Shown: positions 1-15,748, counted from the first letter of the whole stretch. The stretch: 63,844 nt of DNA, filler included, from Bigelowiella natans CCMP2755 (GCA_000320545.1; 8 parts of 8 records of this genome joined end to end with filler, not necessarily neighbours in it); one strand, 5' to 3'. Numbers and translations: made by a program. The notes: a model not told the origin generated them from the letters alone.

Positions 1-430
1 AGCAATTGGTACAAATACACAACCAATTACAATGTCGTCCCTATTTTTCTTCCTCCTTCCCTCATCTTCTAGATCTTTGGAATAAATGTTTTTGAAGATG
101 AACTTTTTTCTCCTCCCCCCTCCTCCTCCTTTTTTCTTTTTTTTTTCTCTTCTTCTCAAACGACGACTCATCCACCCATGCTCCCTAGCTCTTACTCTCT
201 CCGTGGGCCGAGTATGCCTCACTGCGCGATTGGGTTGTTCCCAATCTCCTTCCATTCCCCTATCTCGACATGATGATAATGATGATGATGATGATGATGA
301 AGATGCACACGCGCACACACCCACACACACACACGCACACACCCACGCTCTCCCCCCATTGTTTCCTCTTATGATCATAGGCAAACTCTCTTGAGCGGGC
401 ACGTGGAACGTTGGATATATGTTTATATAT

Positions 431-489
<59 letters not shown>

Positions 490-610
490 GACGTTGAGCC
501 TAAATCACAGGCAGTATTAAATTGCGCATTTATATTATAGCTCATGGCTTTTCTCTCCCGTGTGTGTGTGTGTGTGTGTGTGTGTTTGTATTTGGTTTGC
601 CCGACCACAG

Positions 611-2682
611 GCAAGAGCAACAAGCTCCTTATCCTCCTCGTCGCAAGTCGACAAACTGAAAGATGAATGCGACGAATTCACGAGGAGGATCCAAGTGGAG
701 CAGAAGAAAAAGTCAGAGCTCACAGTCAAGGTGTGAAGGGAAAGCGCTTGCCTTGCTGTTCAGCCCGAGCAATCACACGATTCGTCCCGACTCAACTGAA
801 TGCTCCACTTCTCTCCCTCTTCCCTCTCCCTCTTCTCAGATCAAAGAGCTCGATTTGAAATTAAGAGAGCAGCGCGACAAAATGCGCCAGATGCAAGGGT
901 TCGGCAACTCGCGCGACTACAACCTGCGCGTACAGAGGGAAATTCGACGTTACGAGAGCCGATTAGACAAGGCCAGAATCAAGTAAGTTGTGGAGAGGGG
1001 GGGGGGGGGGGAGGGGGAGAGGGAGGGAATGGATGGAACTTTGACATAATCTGGAAGATGAAGGGAGTGGGAAGAGATAGAGGAATCGATCTATGGCCAA
1101 CAATGGTCTTTCGGGCCTGACGAAACAAATAATTAATACACACGGTCAAATCCTTGTTTTGAACTTTCGTGCGAAACGGCGAGGAGGATATGCGGATTGC
1201 GTGGCTATTCACCTAGATGCTTACAGCACTCGTGATTGCTTTCAGGTACAACGAGGCCCAGTCACACAACAATAAGCTGCGCGAGCAAATAGACAGCCTC
1301 CGTAAAGATAGGGATAGCTTCGACGGCATATTTAAGAAACTAACCAAGGAGCTGCGTGACAAGAAAGAGGACGTGCAGCGCCTAATCGCCCAATCCAACG
1401 ACGCGTATAAATCGAGAAGCGAAGCGCAGGTGCTGAGTCTTACCATGTCTGTGAGTGACTCCTTGCTCCATTAATTATTTACTTACGGAAGTACAATAGC
1501 GTGCACTGCCCTCCCCGCGCACACACACGCGCGCTCTCACCCGGTCTAGTAGACATACATCGCAATGTTCTTACACGCACCCTTACTTATTAGGCCGAGA
1601 TGCAAGAGCTGAAGGCCCGCGCGGACAAAGAGCAGGTTAAGTTTGACAGCGAGTGGAAGAAGCTGGGCGATACGATGATGCAGCAGACCGACGATCCTGA
1701 CGAGATGGACGAAAACGGAAAGACAAACTCGCGGGCGCGCAAGAACACCTTCGAAACGCTTGCTGAGGACACCACTGAGCAGGAGCTGCGTGAGCAGGTG
1801 GCTGCGAGTGGGGAGCGCATCGCCAGCGATCGAAAGGAGATTTTCCTATCGCAGGAGAAGGTCCGCAAGTTTAAGGACGCGTTTGACAAGATCGAAGAAG
1901 AAACAAAGATCAGTGATACCGACGAGCTAGTGAAGGCGTTCCTCACCGCGGAGGATCGCAACTTCAACCTCTTCAACGAGGTGAACGACGTCACCAGCAA
2001 GATCGAGAGAGTGGCAGTGGAGGTAGAGGAGCTCAAGCAGGAGGCAGACCGTTACAAGGATATCGGCGCAGGCATCGAGATGGACAAGCAGCGCAAGCTC
2101 ATTATGGCCGAGATGGAGAAGAAACACAAGAAGACCTGCGACAAGGCGACGATTCTCGAGAAACGCTATGAGAAGTCTCTCAAACTAATCGCGCAGATGA
2201 AGACAGGCATCCGCGAGATTTTCGATATGATCGAATGTGGCCAGATGGAAAGCTCCAATGAGCTGCTTGCCGAGGGTGTCACTGAGACCAACATGATGCA
2301 ATTCCTCGGAATCATCGAAGAGCGCACCAACGATGTCCTAGATGCTTATCAGGCAGCGCAGGACGCTGACGATGAGGAGGACGAGGAAGACGTCAACGAC
2401 GAAGCAGAAGTGGGTGAGGGTGGGGAAGAAGATGCTGGAGAAGCAGGCGAGGAAGGGGATGTGAAGGATGCTGAGGATGGAGAGGGCGCAAAAGATGCTG
2501 ACGGTGGAGAAGATGAGAAAGATGCTGGCCCCGCCGAGGAAGGAGAAAATGCTGGTGCAGAGGAAGATGCTGGAGTAGAAGCTGGAAAGCAAGAGGACGG
2601 TGATGCTGCTGGGGAAGAAAATATCGCCGATACTGGGGAGGATTCAGAGAATTTTGAAGTAGTGAAAGAGGGAAGTCAATGA
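611..2682 (+). CDS. ODAD1: Outer dynein arm docking complex subunit DC2 (ODA1/CCDC114/CCDC63 family), 5' end not resolved; exons ~611-730, 840-982, 1247-1428, 1594-2682
   Basis: Spliced coiled-coil 'DEFTRRIQVEQKK..IRRYESRLDKARIKYNEAQSHNNKLREQIDSLRKDR', plus 'DELVKAFLTAEDRNFNLFNEVN' and 'GVTETNMMQFLGIIEERTND', all characteristic of DC2; GT-AG junctions keep frame; acidic C-terminal tail. Confidence 0.85.
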
Positions 2683-3386
2683 AACGGACCATCATAAGTT
2701 CAGATTTAATATTAATTCTTTCAAACACCAAACCACTGAATAATCGTCATCGTTCCTTCAGCGAGATGAAGTCGTTAGTATAATCTCGGCGTAGGAATGA
2801 GTAGCTAGTTACGAAATGTCGTACGTGCGTGCGCTTGAAGCTTCTCGCTGCATCAAGCGGAATGTAATGTAAACGTTACCACCGAATCCAACAAATCAAA
2901 TCTCTTCTCCTGATACTTTAGCGATAATGATCTCTCCTGAGAAGTGTGTGCATTCCTTTATTTTCGCACATCTAGACATCGTTACCTGCTGCACACACAT
3001 TGAGATGTGCATTGCAACACATGTGCCGTGTGGCTGATGTATGTTTCACATGTATTTCAATGGCTTCATGGCTCAGAGAATTGCCCCATGAGCTGCCTGT
3101 CATCGGCGTTGCGCTCATTGCGAAGCTGCATGCACATGTAGCTCAGCGGGCGCATACATGCATGCACACCGCCCATGACAGACATGCAATGTGTCATGTG
3201 CATGTTGCTGTGTCCATCATGGTATGTGTGCGTGCATGTGGCAGCCCCTGCGTGAGAACATGCACATTCGCGGCGCTACGCCCTGCTAGCCTGTGTTGGT
3301 GTGCGAACTGCTGTAACAACGATTGTGCACCACATTCGTGGATCAGAGATTGTTATCTCATACATGCAAACATGTGACAACCCAAT

Positions 3387-6300
3387 CTAAGCTCTAAAGT
3401 ATTGCTCAGGATCATCGATGATGTCTTCTACGGGACTAAGGTTGTCATCATCATCATCATCTGTTGCCTTTGTTTTTGAATCTATTTCAACTTGCTGAAT
3501 CTTAAGCTGGGTCTTCTCATCCTCACTGGAATCCGTGGTTGATGCAGAATCCATCCCATCATTTTGTTTCTCTTCATCTTTTTCGGGAACATGAAATTTA
3601 GAGGTAGCCTGGTATTTTTGTTCTTCTTTTCTTTCACCCCCTAAATTTTGTTTGCTATCTAAATCTTCACAGCTTTTGCTTCTACCATTGCTAGTGATGA
3701 GAGCGACAAACTCTTGATCCTTGAGGCCGCCCTTTTTTGGTATACCCTGGCCTTCAACCTTGCCGCACGGATGGATCATCGAGGGCATTTTATTTCGGGT
3801 TCCTTGTTGACCACACTTTCTTGACAAGAAGAGAATCAACTTTGGCAAGATAGATAATAAATCTTTCGCGGAGCTCTTATTTGTTCCTGTGTACGCAGCT
3901 ACTTGAGATTCCCGTTTCATAACGCTGAGCATTTTGGAAAGGAAGGTTGCATGGCTAAGTAAAAGCGAATAATTTTCGTTCTTATTGAGAAGTCGTATTA
4001 GTAGCTTCCCAACGCCCAGTGAAGTATCTATTGAGAAGGGAAAATTCTTTTTCAAAGCCTTATGATAGGACAATGTTAGAGCAAATATACAAAGCTGGAA
4101 TGTTATATCCACACCTCTACGAGCCTTTCTATGCTTACTTTGTCTAAATGCGAGCATTGCAAAGCTTGAAAATCCATCAGTAAATTTAGATATTTGATGA
4201 ATGAAGAGAAATTTTGAGATGGGGAAGAAGCATATCTCTGAATTCCAACTGTCATTACAAAGATATCCTAAAAATATTATTAAATTATAATTTAGTTGAT
4301 CATTACAATTGAAGAGTGGGATTACCCAAGAGCTAGGAAAAAATAGATACTTTTTCTCAGACTCGTCACAACTGCTGGCTAAACTTGTCACAGTGGATAC
4401 TGCAATACGAGGACTAATTCCCATCATTATCACTGCATTTTGGGTACAAGCCTTAATTAATCGAAGAACCTCTGGGAAATGAGTTCCCGGCGTAAAAATC
4501 TCTGGATAAAGTTTCATAATTTCCTCTCGCATTTCGAGCGATCCCCAATTCAAATGCCATATCAAGCATTTGGGAGACATGTATCGCCGAAGAGGTTCAG
4601 CAATCATATTCCACAAAAGTGGATTTCTTCCCAATTTTATTCTGTAATGTGAGCAATAATACAAGAGAGAGACAGCCACTTCATGATCATCAACAGGGTT
4701 GATACCTTTTTCTGCTTCTTCATTAAGGAAATTGGAAAGTTGTGAAACTAATGGCTTCTCAAATGGCACGGAAATAGCAAGATTCTGTCCAGGGAGAGTA
4801 AGAGACCCCAGTAGTTTTATAGCCTTAGATTTGATCTTATTGTTTGATTGTATCCTAGTATATAACAATACGATGTTGAACTAACGGCATAGTACTTTTT
4901 AGTAATTGTATTTATTATAAAACTCTACATGCTTACATTGCTTACATGTCTATGCAACCTTTTCATCACATTCGAAATCCATTTCCTGAGAGCACTAAGA
5001 CTTTCTGTTGGAATGGCTTCTTTACAATTTAATGTGAGCTCGGTTGTAGCACTCAATAGCGCCTTTTGGACTGAGTAGTCGTTGAGATTTGTGTTCTCAT
5101 AAATGTGCCAACCTGCAATACAAAAATTAAATAATGCTAGCAACTGTGTTATTGCGCTTTACCTTCATTGAAAACAAATTCAATTGTTTGGAAGTACACT
5201 TTTTTTGGGCATCCAATAGTCGAATATGAAGTTGATACTCCGAATATGTGTAGTAATCTGAGGAGGAGTTTTTTTGCTGTATCATTATGTTTTGGACCCT
5301 TTGCAACGTTTATAATGCAAGAGCTAGAAAACAGAAATTCTCAGATATAAACTTCGAATAAAAGAATAGTGCACAACCAGAGGGAAAGGATTCCTTGAGA
5401 GGTCCCCAAGATAACCTTTAGATGAGAACTAATCGCTGTTGTGGTGCCATTTTCCCAATATTTTAAGATGAATAAAAATATGTGATCCTGGAATCTACTA
5501 ATACATTCCTGGTTCCTATTTACATAATTATCAAATAATGTGATAGATGCAAGAAGATAATGTGGATTTTTAAACCGCTTCAGGCGCCATATCCAATTGA
5601 AGAGCCGTTTATTCTTTAGAACCTCTTGTAACTGGAGTGTGGACAGATTTTGATACATTTCTAATGTAGTTTTTATGAGAAGAGTCTGGCGATTGCCATC
5701 ATTTTGTAAGAAGAAAGCTGTAATAAAGAATAATCTTAACAGAACCCTTTGCTTCATAATTGCCATATTTTCCATGGCAAATTTGTAAACTAATTCTGCA
5801 ATTAAGGATGTTGGCTTTACTGATCCATCTTCCATTAATTTTCCTATGAGATACAAGCGATACTCCCCATCATTACATCCGCACAAATCACGGAACAACG
5901 TTTCAATGTTCAGATAGGATTTGGAAAGGTATTCTTTCCACTTGCTCTCTGAAATAATATCTGATTTGAAGTCTTGCAGAAGTCCTAACATGAGGGAAGA
6001 TAAGTTCAGTGAGGGTTTGTATGTCATAGCGACCCTTTGTCTCAAGCAGTCCAACGATCGTGCCAGGAAACCCTTATCGTGCAGTTGCTTTGCCAGAATT
6101 TTTACACGCCTTAAAACGAGCAATTTAAAATTTGACGTGTGCATTTCAGATTATCTTCGAACCTCGTAGAGGCTGAGGATAGACAGCGTAGGAATTCGTA
6201 GAAAAAAATGAAGGCCTTCTGCAGAATTTCCTTTAATTTACAATGTTGTAGGAGTTTCGGAACTATTTTTTCTTCACAATATTTGAGGATGTCTTTTAGG

Positions 6301-8232
6301 GCGGCTTCGGATCCTTCTCGAAGCAATTTTGTCATGACACCAATGAACGCAGATGCGATCTTCACATTCTCCAGAGTATCATAGGTGGTTAGTATTTCTT
6401 TGAATTGATCCAGATTGTCTGTAACGTAAGGGTGAGGCATTCTGGAAAATTTGAGGATATTAGAGGAAAACAAACCTGGACCATACCCTTCGATGCATTT
6501 AAGTATGATGGTTGCAACACATGTATCCTCTCGATGATTAAATGCGACTTTGGTCAAAACTTCACAAACATCCTGCTTCATTTTAAGTGTCATATTTCTT
6601 CGGCAGACTGGAGACATTAGAATTTTTTGCAATAACAGTAGCGGCATTGCAGATGGACTAGCAGGTGGGCCACACCGAGAATCCAACTCATGCTCCACGG
6701 GTATATGTTTTAATACAGTAGCAAGAATGATCTCCAAACCTAATTTGCAACAAAACAATGTAGTAAGAAAATGAAACATTAAATGATCAAAACCCACCAT
6801 ATCTCAGATGCTTTTGGAAGTTGCGTGCAGATGAGATTATCAAGGTGTCCAAAATTTTGAGTATGTATAAAGATGGCCGCTGAAGTTGGACTTTGTCTTC
6901 GTTAGCACAGTGAAGAACTTCAAACAGATACTCTAAGAGATCAGGGAACATTATATATATTTTCACATATATATACATATATTCCATATTTTTTAAACAG
7001 AACTTGCATTACCACAAACGTTATTTTTCATCAAGTTGGAGGAAATCCCCGGAAGAAGATTAGATATAAATTTCAGCCCTGCTTCTAATAAACTTGGACT
7101 CATTCTCAACAGCCCAGTTTTAAGGAAAACACTGATATCTTTGCCAATCGACTCATTTTTCGATATTATCCCCCTTTCAGCAAGATCCAAAGCATTGAAT
7201 AATGTGGAGCAAGAATGAAGCAACAAGACCTTATCCGCTTCGTTATTCCTTCTCGTAGCTTCGTGGATACAGGATCGAATTAAATTTAAGTGGGATTTAA
7301 TTAAGGAGGGATTGTTCTTGACGACAACATTCAAGATGTCCACAACATATTTGAGATTTTGGTTAGATAACCGATCAGACAACGACCCTTGTAGTAAGCT
7401 GGATAAAATATGTTATACTGAGTATCAATTGGTTTGAAATACTCAAAAACCTACCCGCGGAGAAATAATGAGATCTTGTCATTGTATGTCACGGTTACAA
7501 ATACCCGTTTCCTCAACTTCTCATTAATTTTCCCGGTCATTCTCTCAAAAAGATGGCTTAGAAGCTTTAGGTTGATAGACGATATGAAATTCAATCTTCC
7601 AGAAGATTCATACTGAAAAAAAAAAAAGATCAAATGCTGTAGAATCGGATTTGATGCGAAGTAATTTCTCTTACCTCATTTGCCATTTGTTTGAAGTACA
7701 TTGTAAACAAATCACAGAGAGGTTGCATAGGCTCTTGAAGGTTGGTCACGAACATTAGTTGAACTTTGAATACTTTCTTGGACAGGTTATGTAAACGACT
7801 TTGGACCAAAGTAGAGCAAGTTCTGCTCGACACTTTGATCAGGGATATTGCAAGTGCTTGTAACATGGACGTTTGCCGCAAAAGTATGCTCCTTAATCGA
7901 CAGCAGTCAGCAACTCTATCGAGGTCGTCAAGAAGCCTCAACTTCGGAACATCAGCTCCATGTTGATGAAAAGTATCGATACTCTCCAAAGCGCAGTGCA
8001 AGCAGAAAATGTTGGTCTTAGATTCATGGACACCATTTGTTGCGTGGTGATGAACAAAGGAGCGCCGATGTAGCTCTAAAAATGCGAACAACAACAACAA
8101 CGGACACGGTGTGGTAAATAAGTTACAAAAAGTCACAAACAAGCAAACAAGACTTCAACCCGAAGAACGTCCCAACCTACACCCACAGGTGTAGAGGTCT
8201 TCCATTATCTCAAGTCGAAAGTCCTCCGCCAT
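3387..8232 (-). CDS. Large (~1400 aa) helical/ARM-like protein, probable MEI1/PRD1 meiotic DSB factor homolog; several ~50-80 nt introns
   Basis: Chain of minus-strand ORFs (8232 start; 7630-8142, 7451-7633, 6993-7382, 6111-6800, 5341-6144, 4925-5143, 3387-4868) joinable by short GT-AG introns such as ~6163-6111. N-terminal 'C..HRRSF...FCLHCALESI' resembles MEI1 'LCLACALELL' and PRD1 'GHRS...FCLIC'. Confidence 0.5.
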
Positions 8233-8362
8233 GATGATGGGATGTGCGCGGGAAAATGCGGAGTTTGAACGATAACTGTAAAAGTTCGAGTGTGTTGTCG
8301 TACCCCATCGTTTACAGGCCGTTCATCGATTTGTTCACCTCGACATTGCATGTTTGGAGTTA

Positions 8363-9130
8363 GTTCTGCTGGGTTGTTCACCGGAGGACTAGTTGATTGA
8401 GGAGGTCACGGATGAGTCAGCGTTGCCCATGATCCTTTCAACCGCTCCTGTGGAACTGCTTCATTCATTTGTTCATTCATTCCAATGGAAACACTTCTTT
8501 CCTTTCTTCTTTCTTTCTTTCTTTCTGAGACGTCCAGGACAACTTGGTTCGTTCTTGTTCCCTTTTTTCACTTGGCGGTCAGTTGGTTCATTCGCCTGCT
8601 TTCGGACAGTTTTTCAACACCTCGCATCTTCGTGACTAGTTTCACTTGCACCTTGTTGCTTGCGTCAGCAGCGTGGCGTGGTGTTGGTGCATCGTGTTCA
8701 ACGTTGAGTTTCAATCACCACTTCAATGTTTCAACGTTTCATCCGTTCAGGATGAGCCACGAGGACATCACTTCACTCGTTCACTTGTTCGTTCCGTGGG
8801 ATGGATGTCACTATTCACGCAATTGGTTGACACACAAGGCCCAACGTGAATGCTTACACAACGCACATTCCCGTTCACGTGCATCAATCTAGCAATGGTG
8901 ACCAACTGTCCACCTCGCATTGACACGAACACGACGACATTCTCGCCAGCTGCTGCTTTCAATGAATCACTTGAACGTGTTGTCACGCTTGACAACTTAC
9001 AACTTGTGTCTCTGTGGAAACTTGTTGTTGCTGCATTGTACGTTGCAAGCTGCTTCCTCACCAGAGTCCATCATGCGCACTACCATTCTAGCATTGATAT
9101 GACATGACAGCTTTTGTGCGCACATCTAGA
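8363..9130. other. TpA-depleted intergenic island
   Basis: 8363-8854 contains only 3 TpA (2 in CTAG) despite T-rich composition. Confidence 0.85.
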
Positions 9131-9359
9131 CATGGCTGCACCGACTTTAAGGGAAACTTCCAATTCAAGCATAGACATCATTTTCCAACTGTGTTGCACG
9201 CTCACATTTTCTTAACAAAACATCTATACTCCGGTCACTTTTGAGATAGTGTCGTGTTGTGTGTGTGTGTGTGTGTGTGTGTCGAAGATGTACCGCATGC
9301 TTGCATGCTAGCTTGGGATACAGATACAATTTGTCATTCTCATTATTCCTTTCACACTT

Positions 9360-10934
9360 TCACGCTTTCACACGCTCATCGATATCATCAGTAGCGGGAG
9401 GAGCCCGATTACCATCAAGTTTACTGATTTCATCTCCTTCAGCTGCGAGTGCAGCTGCTGCTGCTGCTGCAGCTTCCTTTTGTTTCCTCTTCTCGCGTGC
9501 CTTGTCGCTCATTTCCTTGAAATTTTTCGAAGGCCGCTGTAAGGGTCCTCCCTAACCATGATGGAGGTGACAAAATTAGTTGCGACGATGTCAGATTTTT
9601 CAATTATCGTATTCGCAGTTGTATGGGGAGAATAGTTAGCCAAAATAGCACGAATACCTTTCCCGGATCAACGTATTTGTTTGACATGAAGAAAAAGCCC
9701 CAGCCGAGCCATGGCACAAATCCGCCACAGGTGGGGCATTTACGGAGCCGTCGTTTCGCGAACACATCGTCAGCGCCCCCTGTATCAAAGAACAACATGG
9801 TAATTGTACTTATAGGTAATCGTGGCGATGAGAAAGGGGCGCCTATCGTCGTTACTTAATACGAGCGATATATGTTGAGAAAGAAATAAATTTTACAGCA
9901 AAATTACTGGCGCGATGAAAAGATTGAAATTTATCATAGCTACCCGCAAAATGATACCAGAACGACATCAAAATGTAGCACAAAATTATGGACACTCCAA
10001 AGAACGATTATCCGCAAATCATTTATTAATCCCCACCCCGCCGAACTGAAAATCATTTAAATCTCAACGACGTTCCTCTCTCATTCCCTATTCGAGCTAC
10101 GCAGAACCAGGTAGCCAGTCTCCGTCTTGGTCGCGGTATACAAGTCCGACGCCCTCGCACATTCCGCACTGGCGCTGTTAGTAAGAGGAAACAAAATAAA
10201 CCCTAGTTTATATCTTGATGCGAGCGCAAATAAAGAGTGGAAGGACGGTCAAATCTATATAACTTTTTTCCTACACTATTCCCACCTGGGTGTAGATCCT
10301 AAGAGCAAACTCATAAGTTGCGTAGACGAATGGGAACAAGCCGATAGCGCTTCCGGCTAGTACCTAGATGCATCGTGGGGAACGACGTGGACAACAACGT
10401 GGACGACGACGTGGACAACGGCGAGGCGACGAAGACAAGTATTTCAATTCTTGGAATTTGCGTTATCACGCAAAGATAGGTAAAGCAGATTCAGTTTTAT
10501 CACACGGTAGAACAACGACAATCCAAGCGAATCCAAAGGGGAGAAGGGTTTTTATTTCAACGAATGGCTTGAGAATCAACCTCTGGGGGAAGCTCTTTCA
10601 CCGGCTCTAGCTCAGCCAGGGTATGAAAGGGTTGTAATCCTGCCGCGGGCTTACTCACTCCCGCTCTATCTCGCGATGATCGAAAGAGATTAGCAAGAGA
10701 TTTCTTCTTGGCTGCACGGGAAGGCGATCTATGTGTTGAAGACGTGGCACCCCCATCCTGGCGGTTCGGTCCATGCAGCAAGGGTCCAGCTAGTACTGAT
10801 GTCTGTGAAGCTATATGCCTACGATTTACAGATAACGGCGAATGGCGGGCTCTTGGACTGATAGGTTTGGAGGCACAGAAAGGTATGGCCGCCACAAGGA
10901 TGAGACTGAGCGGCGACGGACGTGTGGCAGCCAT
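9360..10934 (-). CDS. Plastid-targeted small membrane protein with DnaJ-like CxxCxGxG zinc ribbon (plant-type); 5 exons
   Basis: Leader MAATRPSPLSLILVAAIPFCA followed by a Ser/Arg-rich transit-like segment; spliced core 'VLAGSAIGLFPFVYATYEFALRIYTQRQCGMCEGVGLV...RKCPTCGGFVPWLGWGFFF', matching the recalled plant motif EF.KRI..QRRC..C.G.GLV..RCP.CGGFLPW. Confidence 0.7.
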
Positions 10935-11569
10935 TCGTTTGAACAGTGCTCGATCTTTTGTTTATATTTCCGATATATTCGGTATATAAAACCTATAGTT
11001 TTCTTAACACATCGGGGCAACAATAATGACCTGGTGAAACTCGAATCGAATTTGAGCGATTTTTATCCCAGAAACATGTCACCGAAAAAAACTAACTGGG
11101 AAGTGCGGCGTCCTCAGAAGAAAGGGCGTGCTTCGATTAGAAAGAAGCGAATTCGTGCCGTTTTCCCGGTTCGAGCACCAGCCTCCTTGAGATTTTACTT
11201 TGTGCGACAAGAATTTATTTGTCGCAGGTGTGGAAGGGATCCGAAATGTTGCTAGCAAACGCCGAGTTCCGGTTTCATCAGGTCTAAAATATCACGAAGT
11301 TTTTGCTATATTTCTTTCATACTTATTCGTAATAAAGAACCTCGCGTAGGACTGTCAAGGAAAAATATTTTGAAACATGATATATATTTACGATGTTTTT
11401 TGGATAATATATTGACTAGTATTGCACTTCGAATTCGGGATATTTTTACAGGATGTTTTCACCTCAAAAACCAATCAGATCCTCCGAAATGACTTTCGGA
11501 CACTAGATCGGCACCCCCCCCCCCCTCTTCCTTTTTGGTTCACTTCCGAGGCCAGTCTCGAACAGTCTT

Positions 11570-13301
11570 CAAGATGTCGATGCAAATCGGACCCCTCCCA
11601 CGCAGGAAAAGGCGTAAGAATGGGTATGAAGGTTAGATACAAGGGAGCGAGGGGAAACGTGCGAATGAAAAGAGAGGGGGGGTTGGAATCATACGTGTCT
11701 GTAGCCACCCGCTTTTTTATTCGTCGAATGGGCAAAAAGTGTGGACTGTATGGATCATGTTCCTGTATAAGAAACCTTGAGGACCGCAAAAAGTTCGGTT
11801 CAAAAGACTAGACGAGTCGTGTGGCTCTGCTCCTTTCGGATGATGACGACATCGAATTTTGAGATCGGAAGGAGAGATGAATTTTTTCTCATAAAGTTTT
11901 TCATCCCTTGTTGCCTCGGAATGAACTTTTTGGTAAATTTTGAATTCGCATGCTAGCTAAAAACTGCACCTTCTATCTCCCCTTTTCCCCCGCCCCGGGC
12001 TTTCTCCCCGTCCCCCCCTCACACAATTTGCAGATTGGTTCTCATATTGTGCGCATCGAGCCTCATGATGTGGCTGTGGCATGGATTGTGGGGTGTCACG
12101 ATCAACCTCTCTTTATTCCTGCTTCTCTACGTGCTTAACAAAGTGTGCGGCGCCCTCCGGAGCCAACCGAGCGGTAGCGGAAGTAACACTGTTATGGCGA
12201 ACTTTGCCTTATCTTCTTCTCCCACTCCTAGGCCCTCCAAAACAAGAGGAACTCTTCAATATAACAAATGTCGGAAGTTCAAAGGTTTCACCATCGATAG
12301 TGTTTACATGGCATTTCATCGCTCTCTCATCCGAACCGTCGCTGCTGCTCCCGAAATAGTCCTCGTCTATCTCTCTTCCCTTTCCTTCCGCGTCTCTCTC
12401 TCTCTCCCTCTCCCTCTCCCTCTCTTTCTCTTCCTCTTTCTCTCCCTTCGAATAGCCATATCCTCAAGCAACCGCTTAATCCCCCTTTTTCCCCATCCCT
12501 TCTGTTCGCAGTGGACGATATCATCGGAGTTGGGGGCACGTGACTTCTTCCTTGCGTCAGCGGGAGGGCCTCCAGCTGGCTGCCGTGTGTCAACGCTGCC
12601 GATGGTTGCTAATGGATGTCGTTTCCGCCTCATACCCTTCGGAGGCCTACCTGACGGGTCGCCAGCACATGAAGGGGGGGCCGATGCCTACCTCGACGAG
12701 CTTCCCTGGACGGAGAATTCCGTCCTGGTAGGACCACAATGCACATCATGCACATTTTTGCTTCGTATTATCATCCGCAACGCAGGGCATCGAGAGATAA
12801 AACACGCCTGTCCGTCGGTGCAACCAAGACATCTTCGTCGTCATCGTTTGTTTTGTAAGTTTTCCATCGGTGCTGCCCGCATGCCTACTACCAGGTGGTC
12901 TCCATAGAAGTGGCGGACGGGGCGATGCAAGGCGCTCGGCTCTCTGTAAATCCGGCGGGCAGGGCACGGTGGACCAAAAGACTAAAAAAGACGTTCCGCG
13001 ACGAGTTCACGTTAACAAAGGTGCCCCCCCCCCCTCCCCCTTTTTTTGCACACGCACAACACAATTTTCAGAATTTGCGTCACGGTTGCGTGCACCACGA
13101 AAGGTCGGCGCGAATTTCACGATCAAAACCCACGGGAGATTGCTCGACGCGAATGCGTTGGGTCAAAAGTCACGCGCGTGGACGCCGAACTACACAGCGG
13201 CACTTTACCTCCTTCTGCAATGGGTGCTCGCGGCCAAAAACTTCATCATGGAAGCAGTTTCGTGTCGATGGCTCGGAAATCTCTTGCGTATGTGCTTTTG
13301 A
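11570..13301 (+). CDS. Hypothetical multi-exon membrane protein, 5' end uncertain
   Basis: Coding-like segments 'LVLILCASSLMMWLWHGLWGVTINLSLFLLLYVLNK', 'GPPKQEELFNITN', 'DAYLDELPWTENSVL', 'EFASRLRAPRKV...LLRMCF*' bounded by GT/AG. Confidence 0.35.
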
Positions 13302-14099
13302 TCAGCCCGCGTCCGTGCTCCAAGCACCGATTTATGTGAGGTATAGAACCCTTAATTGGCCACGATTTTCATCCTGTACTCTATTACGGCATGTTGAGAA
13401 TTTGGGATATTAAAATAAGTCGTTATCATAGCGTACAAGATTGACCATCCGCTACGAGCAAAAACATTATTACTCCCCCATATCTTCATACCGTCGTCCT
13501 TTCGCCTTCACGCGTAGCTGCGTGCAACATGTATAGCTATGGAGCAGAGCCAACGCAACGCGTCAGTTTTACTTACTTGTACAAGGTGCTGTAGCTAGCT
13601 AGAGCTGTGCTCTTATACTCTACGCTGCTGCAGCAAACAATGTGAGCCGTTATTGCACACGATGGGAGGTGAATAAACGAATGAGCATGTGATGCCCGTC
13701 AGCGGGAATAACACTAGCTGCTTACACTCTGTCATTTGCTACTATGACTGTGTGCAATGCATATCATGTCGAAACGCGCCATCATGGCGTATGCTAGACA
13801 TGCAATACCTAGAATACACTATAATGCGTCGCAGCACTGCTAGCTAGCTAGACTGCTTCTAGCTAGAGCGGCTTGTCGTTCACTTAGATTAGGAAGAATT
13901 ATAACGGTTTGTGCGACGGCAAACCACTTGGTAGCCGTCAAGCGCATGCTAGCATATACACGGCGGCGTGTGCTAATGAATAGCGTGCACCAATCTAGCA
14001 ATATATTTGTCAAGGTTCACATGGCGCCCAACACATGCATTGAATTATATTATTTTCGCTCAGGTTCAAGACTTTGCGCCTTAGCTGCTAACGGCACAT

Positions 14100-15570
<1,471 letters not shown>

Positions 15571-15572
15571 TA

Positions 15573-15615
<43 letters not shown>

Positions 15616-15709
15616 TATGTAATATGTATATTGCTTCAGGTATCATTTTTGCAATCCTCCGCGTATTATGGACTTCAGCGGGAAACCTTTGGTCGTTGTG
15701 TGCGAGTGA

Positions 15710-15748
<39 letters not shown>

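Noticed and set aside
3387-8232. AT-rich block as an endogenous virus or virophage insertion
   Set aside because: The ORFs join through canonical spliceosomal introns into one gene, with no viral hallmark motifs or terminal repeats.
10375-10430. 12-bp tandem repeat (ACGTGGACRACR)
   Set aside because: It is a short intronic minisatellite with no further evidence of function.
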